A stretch of DNA of 64,000 nucleotides from a virus. Shown here piece after piece: positions 1 through 8,378 of this stretch. The notes beneath the pieces are model-generated. The model saw only the letters and a list, made by a program, of their open reading frames with translations, was not told the DNA's origin and did not search any database. The position numbers and the translations under genes are program-made. The DNA lies in the IMG/VR virus record IMGVR_UViG_3300020473_002010, positions 5,737-69,736 of that record. One strand, written 5' to 3'. Position 1 is the stretch's first letter, and every line of letters begins with the position of its first letter.

Positions 1-873
1 GATAAACCCGGCCAGGAAAAGGGCGAAGAGTATTATGAAGTTGAGCTAACTCTTGAGCAGCTAGCAGACTACTTGTTCAATGATCTTGAGTTACCCAACT
101 TCGAAAAGAAAAGAAATGCGCAGGTTATTGCAAAGAAAATAAAGCGCAAAGGATACAGGTCTCAAGGTATTCGGCCAAGGCTTGATAAAAAGAAAACCGT
201 AATACAAAAGCTAAAAAGAAAGAATAAAGCAAAGAGAGCAGGAAAGCTGACTGGTGATGAAGATGAATTTTCATTTCACGAAAAGGATCTTCGTTATAAG
301 CACTACAAGGTAACAGAAAAGAAGTCATCAAATGCCGCGATACTCTTTTTGATGGATATTTCCGGATCGATGACCAAAGAAAAGAAATTTCTGGCTAGAA
401 GCTTCTTCTTTCTTTTGTATCATTTTATTAGGTCTAAATACGATAAAGTAGAGATTGTTTTTATAGCTCATGATGTTGAAGCTTACGAAGTTACAGAGGA
501 ACAATTCTTTGGTCGTGGTTCGGGTGGCGGGACCATGGTTTCTTCTGCGCTAAAGATGGCAGAAGACATCATAGATTCTAGATACCATAGGTCTAGTTGG
601 AACACTTACGTTTTCCAATGTTCTGATGGTGACAATTGGCCGACTGACAATGGTTTGTGTCTTAAGGTAATCAACACTATGCTAGACAAAATTCAGTTTT
701 TTGGGTATTGTGAAATTGAACCAAACGTTGAAAGACTAAAGTGGTTAAGTGATACCACCTTAAGCAAGCTTTACGAGCAACTAGAGGGCGATAAATTTAA
801 GCTTGCCGGTATATATCAGAAAAACGATATCTGGACTGCTTTTAGAAAGTTTTTCAAGGGAGAGATGGCATGA
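1..873 (+). CDS. yeaH: YeaH/YhbH (DUF444) family vWA-domain protein, 5'-truncated by the window edge
   Basis: Frame is open from base 1 (DKPGQEKGEEYYEVELTLEQLADYLFNDLELPN). It has DLRY, the MIDAS-like LMDISGSM, SGGGTMVSS and QCSDGDNW, typical of YeaH/YhbH. Adjacent to spoVR and prkA. Confidence 0.9.
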   Translation, partial: DKPGQEKGEEYYEVELTLEQLADYLFNDLELPNFEKKRNAQVIAKKIKRKGYRSQGIRPRLDKKKTVIQKLKRKNKAKRAGKLTGDEDEFSFHEKDLRYKHYKVTEKKSSNAAILFLMDISGSMTKEKKFLARSFFFLLYHFIRSKYDKVEIVFIAHDVEAYEVTEEQFFGRGSGGGTMVSSALKMAEDIIDSRYHRSSWNTYVFQCSDGDNWPTDNGLCLKVINTMLDKIQFFGYCEIEPNVERLKWLSDTTLSKLYEQLEGDKFKLAGIYQKNDIWTAFRKFFKGEMA

Positions 874-2177
874 CATCATTTTTAGAAGAATTACAAAAGT
901 GGGATGCTAAACTGATAAAAATGGCAGAAGACCACGGATTAGACTGGTTTCCCATTCTCTATGAAACTTGTGACTATTACGAGATGATTGGCACAATGGC
1001 TTACCACGGCATGCCGTCACATTACGGACACTGGAGCTTTGGTAAAAGCTTTGAGCGAACCCACACGATGTATAATGCCGGTCTAGAAGGGCTTCCATAC
1101 GAGCTTATCATTAACAGCGATCCATCTCTAGCATACCTGATGGAAGAAAACCCGCTATATCTTCAAATACTGATTATGGCACACTGCATTGGCCACTCAG
1201 ACTTTTTTAAGAACAATATTACATTTAGTCACACTCGACCGGATCAAGTTATTCTTAGAATGAGAAATGCAAAAAGGTATATTGACCAATTAGTGGAGGA
1301 TCCAAGTGTTGGTGTGGAAAGAGTCGAAGAGATTTTAGACGCAGCCCATGCTTTATCTCTTCACGTGCCCAGACAATATAAAAAATATGTCAGTCAAAAA
1401 GAACAACGAAAAGAATTGATTCATGAGATAAAGTCAGGGTACTATAAAAACTCAAAAAAGACACCAGACCCGGACGCTTATCCAATATCTAGAGAAGAAA
1501 ACATAATAGCGTTTATAGCTGAAATGTCACCGAACCTGGAAGAGTGGGAACGAGAGTTACTCTGGATCGTGCTTGATGATGCTCAATATTTCATGCCACA
1601 AATCCGAACAAAGATAATGAATGAAGGGTGGGCTTCATATTGGCACTACAGGCTAATGCATGAGCTTGATTTAGACTCTGAATTACACCTTCCATTCTTA
1701 AAGATGCATAACGAAGTTGTTCGGCCGCATTTAGGGTCTATTAACCCTTATCACCTTGGATTCTTTCTATTTCAAAAAATCGAAGAGAGATATGGGCTAG
1801 AAGAATGCTTCATAGCTAGGGAATCGCTTAATGATGAAGCGTTTCTGAGACAGTACCTTACAGAGAAAGATTGCGAAGAATTGAATTTATTTAGTTTCTC
1901 GCTTCATAAGAATGATTATCTAATAGACGACGTTGCCGACGATGATGGGTGGAAAAAAGTAAAAGAAGACCTTATCAATCAGGTTGGAGGGAATAATATA
2001 CCCATAATAACTGTTGCAGAAATCATCGATGGTGGAATATTGGCTCTAGAGCATGAACATGAGGGAAGGGATTTAGACCTAGATTATGGGGATGCTGTAG
2101 TAAAACATATCCAACGGTTGTGGGGCGATATAGTTAAATTGGACACGATAATAGAGGATGAACCCTTCGAAATCTAA
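870..2177 (+). CDS. spoVR: SpoVR/YcgB family protein
   Basis: GMPSHYGHWSFGK, LPYELIINSDP, AHCIGHSDFFKNN, TKIMNEGWASYWH and NPYHLG are hallmark SpoVR motifs. ATGA overlap with yeaH. Confidence 0.93.
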   Translation: MTSFLEELQKWDAKLIKMAEDHGLDWFPILYETCDYYEMIGTMAYHGMPSHYGHWSFGKSFERTHTMYNAGLEGLPYELIINSDPSLAYLMEENPLYLQILIMAHCIGHSDFFKNNITFSHTRPDQVILRMRNAKRYIDQLVEDPSVGVERVEEILDAAHALSLHVPRQYKKYVSQKEQRKELIHEIKSGYYKNSKKTPDPDAYPISREENIIAFIAEMSPNLEEWERELLWIVLDDAQYFMPQIRTKIMNEGWASYWHYRLMHELDLDSELHLPFLKMHNEVVRPHLGSINPYHLGFFLFQKIEERYGLEECFIARESLNDEAFLRQYLTEKDCEELNLFSFSLHKNDYLIDDVADDDGWKKVKEDLINQVGGNNIPIITVAEIIDGGILALEHEHEGRDLDLDYGDAVVKHIQRLWGDIVKLDTIIEDEPFEI

Positions 2178-2192
2178 TTCGGGAGAAACTTA

Positions 2193-4121
2193 ATGTCAAA
2201 GAACAAGTATTTAGACATCATCAAGACCCAACGGGCTAAAAGCAAGAAAGAAAAATTCAAGGGAACTCTCCTCGACTATCTTGCTCTTGTTGAAGAAGAC
2301 AAATCAATCACTGATCATGCGCACAAGAGGCTGTATGATGCGATTGTTGATCGAGGCATTAGCACTCTCGACGACACAGACCCTAGAAAGCACAAGCTAT
2401 TTGATGGCGATGATGTCAAGACGTTTGACTATTTTCAGGATCAATTTTTTGGTATGGAAAGGGTCATCTCAAAGATCATGAGGTATATGAGGTCGGCTGC
2501 TATGAAGGGCGAAGAGAATCGGCAGGTTCTTTTGCTAATGGGTCCTGTGGGTGCAGGTAAATCTGCTTTAACTGAACATATAAAAAGTTCATTAGAGGGC
2601 TTACCTTATTATCACTTAGAGGGGGACCCTCAAAGAGGGGAACCGCTACAGTTGATCCCAAGGTCTCTAAGAGGTCAAATGAAAGAAATGCTTGGGGTTG
2701 CAATCGAAGGAGATATTTCCCCAGTAGCTCGGCACCTTTTATTCGAAGAGTATGACGGAGAATACGAAAAGTTTTCAGTCACCGAAACTACTTTCTCTCA
2801 ACGAGCTAGAAGAGGCGTTGCGTCTGTTCCCCCAATGGATGCGAACAGCCAAGATGTTTCTGTACTGATTGGTTCGGAAGATATCTCAAAACTTGATAAA
2901 TACTCTGAAGATGACCCTCGGTCGCTTTCACTAAATGGTGCATTCAACGTTGGTAATAGGGGTATAGTCGAACTTGTGGAGGTCTTTAAGAATGAGATTG
3001 AGTTTCTCCATACGATTATTACCGCAACCCAGGAGAAGAGAGTACCGTCCCCCGGAAAGCATGATATGATTCATTTCGACGGAGTTATTCTTGCCCACTG
3101 CAACGAAGCTGAATGGAATAGATTCCAGAGTGAACATACAAATGAAGCTATCTTAGACCGAATCGTAAAAGTAAACGTTCCTTATGTCTTAGAGTTGGAG
3201 TCTGAAATAAAGATTTACGAGAAGATTCTTAGCTTATCTAACTTTGATATTCATATTGCTCCCCACACCCTTAGGGTCGCGTCGATGTTTTCTATCTTAA
3301 GTCGTCTAAAGCCAAGCCAGAAATGCGACTTATTGACGAAGCTAAAAATCTATAATGGCGAAGAAGTCGTTGAAAAGGGTCGTGTGAAAAAAATCGACAT
3401 TAATGACCTTAGAGATGAATCGTCTAACGAGGGCATGAATGGTATATCCACAAGGTTTATCATGAAAGCGATTGATAATGCTCTTAGCGATTCTGATAAA
3501 GACTTCGTTACTCCTGTTTCAATTCTTGATTCTCTAATGAAGCAATGCAAAGAACAATTGATCGACAAAGAATTCGCAACACACTGCCTTGAGTTGATTA
3601 GAAATACTGTAAGAAATGAATACCTACGCTTACTAGAGAATGAAATTGCGAAAGCATTCATCACCGCGTACGAAGAGCAAGCCCAGTCTATTTTTGAAAA
3701 TTACCTTGATAACGCAGAAGCATTTACAACGAAGTGTAAGCTAAAAGACAGGGTGACCAAAGAAGAGATGAAGCCTGATGAAGAATTTATGAGGTCGATT
3801 GAAGGCTCTATTGGTGTAAGTCAATCCGGCCGAGAGGGGTTTCGAGCTGACGTTACAGCGTATATGTTCGCAAAAATGCGCAGAGGTGAGATTGTGGACT
3901 ACACCTCGTATGAGCCCCTTAAGGAAGCGATCGAAACTTACCTGATTAGCTCTGTAAAAGACTTAGCTAGAATCGTTACCAAGTCTAAGACACGGGACGA
4001 TGAGCAGAAGGTTAAATACTCAAGCATGGTTCAGACGCTTATCGACGAATACGGTTATACTCCCGAATCAGCAGAAGAAGTGCTGGTATACGCGAGCAAT
4101 AATCTTTGGAGAGACAGCTAG
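2193..4121 (+). CDS. prkA: PrkA/YeaG family AAA+ ATPase / serine protein kinase
   Basis: FFGME, Walker A GPVGAGKS, GAFNVGNRGIVELVEVFK, AHCNEAEW, NEAILDR, EGMNGISTRF and C-terminal YASNNLWRD. RBS GGGAG upstream. Confidence 0.93.
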   Translation: MSKNKYLDIIKTQRAKSKKEKFKGTLLDYLALVEEDKSITDHAHKRLYDAIVDRGISTLDDTDPRKHKLFDGDDVKTFDYFQDQFFGMERVISKIMRYMRSAAMKGEENRQVLLLMGPVGAGKSALTEHIKSSLEGLPYYHLEGDPQRGEPLQLIPRSLRGQMKEMLGVAIEGDISPVARHLLFEEYDGEYEKFSVTETTFSQRARRGVASVPPMDANSQDVSVLIGSEDISKLDKYSEDDPRSLSLNGAFNVGNRGIVELVEVFKNEIEFLHTIITATQEKRVPSPGKHDMIHFDGVILAHCNEAEWNRFQSEHTNEAILDRIVKVNVPYVLELESEIKIYEKILSLSNFDIHIAPHTLRVASMFSILSRLKPSQKCDLLTKLKIYNGEEVVEKGRVKKIDINDLRDESSNEGMNGISTRFIMKAIDNALSDSDKDFVTPVSILDSLMKQCKEQLIDKEFATHCLELIRNTVRNEYLRLLENEIAKAFITAYEEQAQSIFENYLDNAEAFTTKCKLKDRVTKEEMKPDEEFMRSIEGSIGVSQSGREGFRADVTAYMFAKMRRGEIVDYTSYEPLKEAIETYLISSVKDLARIVTKSKTRDDEQKVKYSSMVQTLIDEYGYTPESAEEVLVYASNNLWRDS

Positions 4122-4122
4122 T

Positions 4123-4587
4123 GTGTTTCGAGAAAGACAACCTATAAAAGGTTACTTTACTAAAAGTGTAGTTGTAAAAGAGTCGACCGTTGAAGGATTG
4201 GGCGTTTTTGCAACTGAAGATATTCCTCTGCATGCATGCTTTGAGGCTGTCCCCTACATCGCATTTGCAACAACTTTATTAAAAGACTTCTTAGACATGT
4301 ACGAAAGAGAGCATCTGCTGAAGTCGTATGTGTTTGCAGCCCCTGATGGGATGTATGCTTTAGCTCTTGGGTACGGAGGCATATACAACCATAGCGCTCA
4401 ACCAAATGCATTCTGGAAGTTTAGGGGTGGTCCAGAGAAAGCCATAATGTATTACGCGAAAAGAGATATCAAAAAAGGGGAAGAGATTTTCATAAAATAC
4501 GGATGGAATTCCCAAAGGCTCGCCTTTGCTGATGAAAATGAGGTAGATCGATTAGTCAAGCTCGGGTTATCACGAGAAAATATTTGA
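4123..4587 (+). CDS. SET-domain protein-lysine methyltransferase
   Basis: GLGVFATEDI (motif I), IYNHSAQPN (NHS motif) and AKRDIKKGEEIFIKYG (ELxxxY motif). Likely start is GTG at 4123, just after the prkA stop; the track's start at 4000 lies inside prkA. Confidence 0.88.
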   Translation: MFRERQPIKGYFTKSVVVKESTVEGLGVFATEDIPLHACFEAVPYIAFATTLLKDFLDMYEREHLLKSYVFAAPDGMYALALGYGGIYNHSAQPNAFWKFRGGPEKAIMYYAKRDIKKGEEIFIKYGWNSQRLAFADENEVDRLVKLGLSRENI

Positions 4588-4612
4588 ACTAAATGCACCA
4601 TTCTGTTACAAT
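4584..4612 (+). promoter_or_regulatory. Putative sigma70-type promoter
   Basis: TTGAAC-17 nt-TACAAT with an extended -10 TG, upstream of RBS GGGAG and the ATG at 4650. Confidence 0.5.
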
Positions 4613-4649
4613 AGACAATGGCATATTAATTTGCTTATAGGGAGCAGAA

Positions 4650-4919
4650 ATGAATGTAAGATTTGGAATGTCTGAAATGATGATTTTATTTGCCGCGGCA
4701 ATGCTGTGGCATAGCGTCATCGCAGCAAGCTGTATTTTTGGTTTAGCAGTGCTGGGAGGAATCATTAGGTTTTCTCTAGAGTGGAGTGAAAAACAAAAGA
4801 TAGAGGAAGCAAAAAAGCAAGCAATTCAGCAGCTTAATGAACAAGCAGGTGAATTGGGAGAAGCTCTTGGCACGCTGTTCGGATCTAATAAAAAGAAGAC
4901 AAATAGCACTCTTCACTAG
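4650..4919 (+). CDS. Small membrane protein (N-terminal hydrophobic helices, C-terminal coiled coil)
   Basis: Hydrophobic MMILFAAAMLW...CIFGLAVLGGIIRF followed by a charged helix. Good RBS. Confidence 0.65.
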   Translation: MNVRFGMSEMMILFAAAMLWHSVIAASCIFGLAVLGGIIRFSLEWSEKQKIEEAKKQAIQQLNEQAGELGEALGTLFGSNKKKTNSTLH

Positions 4920-4930
4920 TAGGAGTTTGC

Positions 4931-6244
4931 ATGTCCGCAAAGAACGATGTAATTTGTAGGGATGAGATTGAGAAGTGTAAGAACTCTCTAAGAAAAGATA
5001 TCTCATTGGCAGTGCAAGAAGTCGATAGCCTTTCATCATCATTATTGCTCGATGATTGTCTTCACACCATTGGGTGGAGCGATTCTTTTCGAGCATTATT
5101 AATTGGCTTAAAGAAATCTGAACCAGCATACAGAAATCTCATCTTAAACAGTGCTAATCATATCAATTCTAATTGTTCGATGGGCATTCCATTATACCTT
5201 GTTCTTGTAGAGCATCTATTAAAAAGTGAATACGATGGTGAGCGCTTATTAGAAGACATCCAGCAACCTAAACGGACAAAATCCGCAACGATTATTTCTG
5301 AATGGCAGAAAACCGTACATGATGAATACACTATAAAAAATAAAGACCTGTTTTTGAGCGCAGTAAATCAGGCGGGATCTTTAGGTTCTGTTGTTGTTGA
5401 AAAAACCAGCGCAATAAATCGCGTTGAAGTTGATTGTGGTTCAAAATTCTCTTGTACTGCTCATTCATTTTTTGATGATGAAAGCTTGGACATAATAGAG
5501 TTCGACAAGTGTTTAATCGCTGTAGTAGACGGCGCGATTATAGAAGTAAGCGAAATCCACCACCTCTTAACATACGCATACGAAAGAAGCATGCCAGCAG
5601 TTATCGTGGCAAGCAACTATTCTGACGATGTTGCAAATACCTTGAGAGTTAATTGGGAAAAGGGATTGGTCAAGGTATTGCCTCTTATCCTCAATCGAGA
5701 TTTAGACAATATCAACCAGGTAAAAGATATATGTGAAGTTGCATGTACAGTACCGATCTCTAAAGACACGGGATTGCTATTAAGCGCTATGGACTTTGAT
5801 GAACAACCCCTAAACTCAGTAGTATACATTCGCAGAAAATCTGAGATTTCGATTAAAACAACCAAGCGTAATTTTGATGCGATAAGAGTGCTCCAAAAAG
5901 AAATACAGGAAAGCCTTGAAAAAGAAAAAGTAGATGACATAAAAAAGATTTTAAGGAAAAGGCTATCACGATTATCAACTAGAAAAGCGATAGTAAAAAT
6001 AAACTGCAGTCAAACAGAGCTTGGTATTTTGCAAGACAGGGCTGGAAGTCTGTTTCAGCTACTGTCGTGCGCAGGAAGGGAAGGAGTTGTTTCTTTAGAC
6101 CCAATATATGAGAGGATAGGTTATTCTCCAAGTCGATATATGCCAAGAATTCTGCCAAGGCGTGTCACGGAAATTTCTATTAGGAGAGCGATATCTGATG
6201 TTAGAGCTATAAATAAAATTATGGCTATTATTAAATTGGATTAG
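4931..6244 (+). CDS. Divergent GroEL/Cpn60-like chaperonin (apical/intermediate domains recognisable)
   Basis: IAVVDGAIIEVSEIHHLL...PAVIVASNYSDDVANTLRVN...KDICEV...LRKRLSRLSTRKAIVKI parallels the GroEL apical region. No GDGTT(T) motif. RBS AGGAG. Confidence 0.7.
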   Translation: MSAKNDVICRDEIEKCKNSLRKDISLAVQEVDSLSSSLLLDDCLHTIGWSDSFRALLIGLKKSEPAYRNLILNSANHINSNCSMGIPLYLVLVEHLLKSEYDGERLLEDIQQPKRTKSATIISEWQKTVHDEYTIKNKDLFLSAVNQAGSLGSVVVEKTSAINRVEVDCGSKFSCTAHSFFDDESLDIIEFDKCLIAVVDGAIIEVSEIHHLLTYAYERSMPAVIVASNYSDDVANTLRVNWEKGLVKVLPLILNRDLDNINQVKDICEVACTVPISKDTGLLLSAMDFDEQPLNSVVYIRRKSEISIKTTKRNFDAIRVLQKEIQESLEKEKVDDIKKILRKRLSRLSTRKAIVKINCSQTELGILQDRAGSLFQLLSCAGREGVVSLDPIYERIGYSPSRYMPRILPRRVTEISIRRAISDVRAINKIMAIIKLD

Positions 6245-6245
6245 C

Positions 6246-6722
6246 ATGATAAAATGGAGAACATCGAAGATTAACTGGCACGATGCAGACTCAGAGCCGG
6301 CATCATTCGATGACATCATAGACAAAATACGAGGAAACGATTTATACGAAATTCATGTCGGGTGTGATTCTCATAGGGTGGGTGGCATATACGTATTTGC
6401 CATTGTAATCGCTGGCTACGTCCAAAAAAAAGGTGGGACATTCTATTTTTATAGAAAGAAGAGCAAGGATAAATCATTGGCCACGATACCTGTAAGACTT
6501 ATGAAAGAAGCTGAACTAGCACTTGATGTCGCTCATCGCTTAAAAGTAGAATTTCCCTTCAAGAACATTAACGTACATTTAGATATGAATCCAGACAAGC
6601 GTTTTGCATCATCGAAAGTTTTAACAAACGCAGTTTCTTGGGTAAATTCATTTGGGTATAACGCTATAGTCAAGCCCGATGCTTGGGCTTCTTCATCGCT
6701 GGCGGATGCATTTGCAAAATGA
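6246..6722 (+). CDS. YkuK/DUF458 family RNase H-like protein
   Basis: IHVGCDSH, RLMKEAELAL, VHLDMNP and VKPDAWASSSLAD give the acidic catalytic pattern of the YkuK family. Confidence 0.8.
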   Translation: MIKWRTSKINWHDADSEPASFDDIIDKIRGNDLYEIHVGCDSHRVGGIYVFAIVIAGYVQKKGGTFYFYRKKSKDKSLATIPVRLMKEAELALDVAHRLKVEFPFKNINVHLDMNPDKRFASSKVLTNAVSWVNSFGYNAIVKPDAWASSSLADAFAK

Positions 6723-6752
6723 TTGTTTACTGCTGGTGATAGCGTATATAAT
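6723..6752 (+). promoter_or_regulatory. Putative sigma70-type promoter
   Basis: Perfect TATAAT at 6747-6752 with TTGTTT/GTTTAC 16-18 nt upstream, followed by AGGAGG and the ATG at 6773. Confidence 0.45.
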
Positions 6753-6772
6753 TGACCTCAGGAGGACTAATA

Positions 6773-7003
6773 ATGCCTACAAAGAGAGCTACAAAATGGA
6801 CTCAAAAAGAAGTTCGTGATTTAGTAATGGAAATTTTGATGTTCCAAAGCGACTCAGTACAGGGAAGTATCGCTTCATTGTCAAGTGAAGATACCGCTGA
6901 AAGTACTCGCTTAAGTAGAGAGCAAGCAAACTCTATTATTTCAATACTGGAACCTACTTTAAAAGATTCTGCGTTTAAGGTGCTTGCTTCGAAGAAGCTT
7001 TAG
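6773..7003 (+). CDS. Hypothetical protein
   Basis: Strong RBS CAGGAGG before ATG 6773; helical 76-aa ORF in an operon. Confidence 0.65.
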   Translation: MPTKRATKWTQKEVRDLVMEILMFQSDSVQGSIASLSSEDTAESTRLSREQANSIISILEPTLKDSAFKVLASKKL

Positions 7004-7005
7004 CC

Positions 7006-7470
7006 ATGCAAGGCGTTAAGCATCTCATAGAGTGTAGGTGTATTCTACCTACGCTTAAAAACAGAGACAATGCGCCGCTGCATAAGTTCGTGGTTTTCTC
7101 TATTATAAATGACAAGGATGAGATAAATCAAAAGATTGTAAATTGTAATAACTGCGGTATCGCGCATAATATCGTCGGGCTCTGTCAGTCTAAAATCATG
7201 TCTGGAAAGGAGCTATCAAAGTCTGCTCTAACCATTGAAGATATGTCATTGATGTTGCCTGATGGGGTTGTTGCTATACTAAAATCACATGAAAAAGCTC
7301 TACCAGATTATGAGCATGTCAAGTTTATTATAGACAATGAAAAGGTTGGTGAATTCGTAACACTAACATCTGAGATCATGGATGATAAAAAAGTGGGCAA
7401 GGTTTTACACTACAAAGGATTAGGTAAATTTATAATTGAGCCGTATCAAATTGATGAGATGTTAAAATGA
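7006..7470 (+). CDS. Hypothetical protein with putative Zn-binding Cys motifs
   Basis: HLIECRC...NCNNCGIAH...C. Operon-packed. Confidence 0.65.
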   Translation: MQGVKHLIECRCILPTLKNRDNAPLHKFVVFSIINDKDEINQKIVNCNNCGIAHNIVGLCQSKIMSGKELSKSALTIEDMSLMLPDGVVAILKSHEKALPDYEHVKFIIDNEKVGEFVTLTSEIMDDKKVGKVLHYKGLGKFIIEPYQIDEMLK

Positions 7471-7721
7471 AAGAAAGCGAAAGTACAGAGAAGCTACAAA
7501 GAGAAGACACAGATTGGCTTCTAGACATTAAAAAGTCCAGAGATATTACTCAGGAAATTTTAAGGTTTGGAGTTAATCAAGAACAAATTAGGAATATAAT
7601 CAATTTGCTTGCACTCGAGCTAGAAGATAGGGAGATGATGCTGGCAATCAATAGGGCTGTAAAACAAGAAGAGGATGAAGAGCGCCCAAAGATTCTTCAC
7701 CCAGGAGAAAACAATGAGTGA
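7467..7721 (+). CDS. Hypothetical protein
   Basis: ATGA overlap with the previous gene; 84 aa, helical and acidic. Confidence 0.6.
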   Translation: MKESESTEKLQREDTDWLLDIKKSRDITQEILRFGVNQEQIRNIINLLALELEDREMMLAINRAVKQEEDEERPKILHPGENNE

Positions 7722-7908
7722 TTCAAACACAATTCTCGAAAATTGGGAAAGCCTGAAGGAGCTAGTAGCATCTTTAGAGTTAGACGTGCACAAGAATGCA
7801 CACGGAAATAAGTCTGCTGGCGTAAGAGCCAGGAGAGGACTTCGTCGTCTAAAGGATGCTTCTGCTAGTTTGGTTAAACTGACTCTAGAAGTTGAGAAAG
7901 CTAAGTAG
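7714..7908 (+). CDS. Histone H1-like nucleoid protein, Hc1 family
   Basis: LKELVASLELDVHKNAHGNKSAGVRARRGLRRLK matches the GNK(A/S)A(G/A)xR(A/V)R signature of Hc1-type proteins. RBS AGGAG at 7703-7707, ATG at 7714. Confidence 0.8.
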   Translation: MSDSNTILENWESLKELVASLELDVHKNAHGNKSAGVRARRGLRRLKDASASLVKLTLEVEKAK

Positions 7909-7935
7909 TCATTCCCTATCATTCGAATGAACCCT

Positions 7936-7964
7936 AAAGGAGAGCGAAAGCTCTCCTTTTTTGT
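7936..7964. terminator. Rho-independent terminator, probably bidirectional
   Basis: AAAGGAGAGC-GAAA-GCTCTCCTTT is a perfect 10-bp stem with a GNRA loop, followed by a T tract, between convergent genes. Confidence 0.85.
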
Positions 7965-7990
7965 TCCCAAGTGAATAGTTAATACTGTGA

Positions 7991-8299
7991 TCAATCAGAC
8001 AATATCTTTGGAGACGATGATTTTAAGAAGCGCTTCGCTAATTTCTCTATTTGGCATATTCTCATGCGAGTTACACTGAATATGTCACCGACTTCCTGCA
8101 GAGTCATAGGGCCATTGCTCGCTGCTACAATAACGCAATTGCAGTGTTTCTTTTCTTCCATCTTCTGCCAATATCGGCAATCAGTCTTATTACACTCGAC
8201 ACCATTGTCTGAGTGCGCTTTAAAGCACGCCAAACCCTCAACAATGTCAGAGCCTTTTGCTCTACGTTTTTTTATCTTGGGTGTTTTTTCTTTATTCAT
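7991..8299 (-). CDS. Small Cys-rich protein with a sigma-70 region 4 helix-turn-helix
   Basis: GPMTLQEVGDIFSVTRMRICQIEKLA resembles sigma region 4.2 (TLEEVG..F.VTRERIRQIE.KA). It is preceded by C-x10-C-x4-C...HCNC. RBS-like AAGGGA. Confidence 0.75.
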   Translation of the reverse strand: MNKEKTPKIKKRRAKGSDIVEGLACFKAHSDNGVECNKTDCRYWQKMEEKKHCNCVIVAASNGPMTLQEVGDIFSVTRMRICQIEKLAKRFLKSSSPKILSD

Positions 8300-8378
8300 T
8301 CAATATCCCTTTAAGCGTTATTACACGCCTATGTCAGTATTTTAAGAGAGAGTCAGCTAATTTTTCAAGGAGAAAATT

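Noticed and set aside
4000-4122. N-terminal extension of the SET ORF overlapping prkA (possible frameshift fusion of kinase and SET)
   Set aside because: prkA ends at its family-typical NNLWRD terminus, a GTG lies right after the stop, and no slippery sequence is evident.
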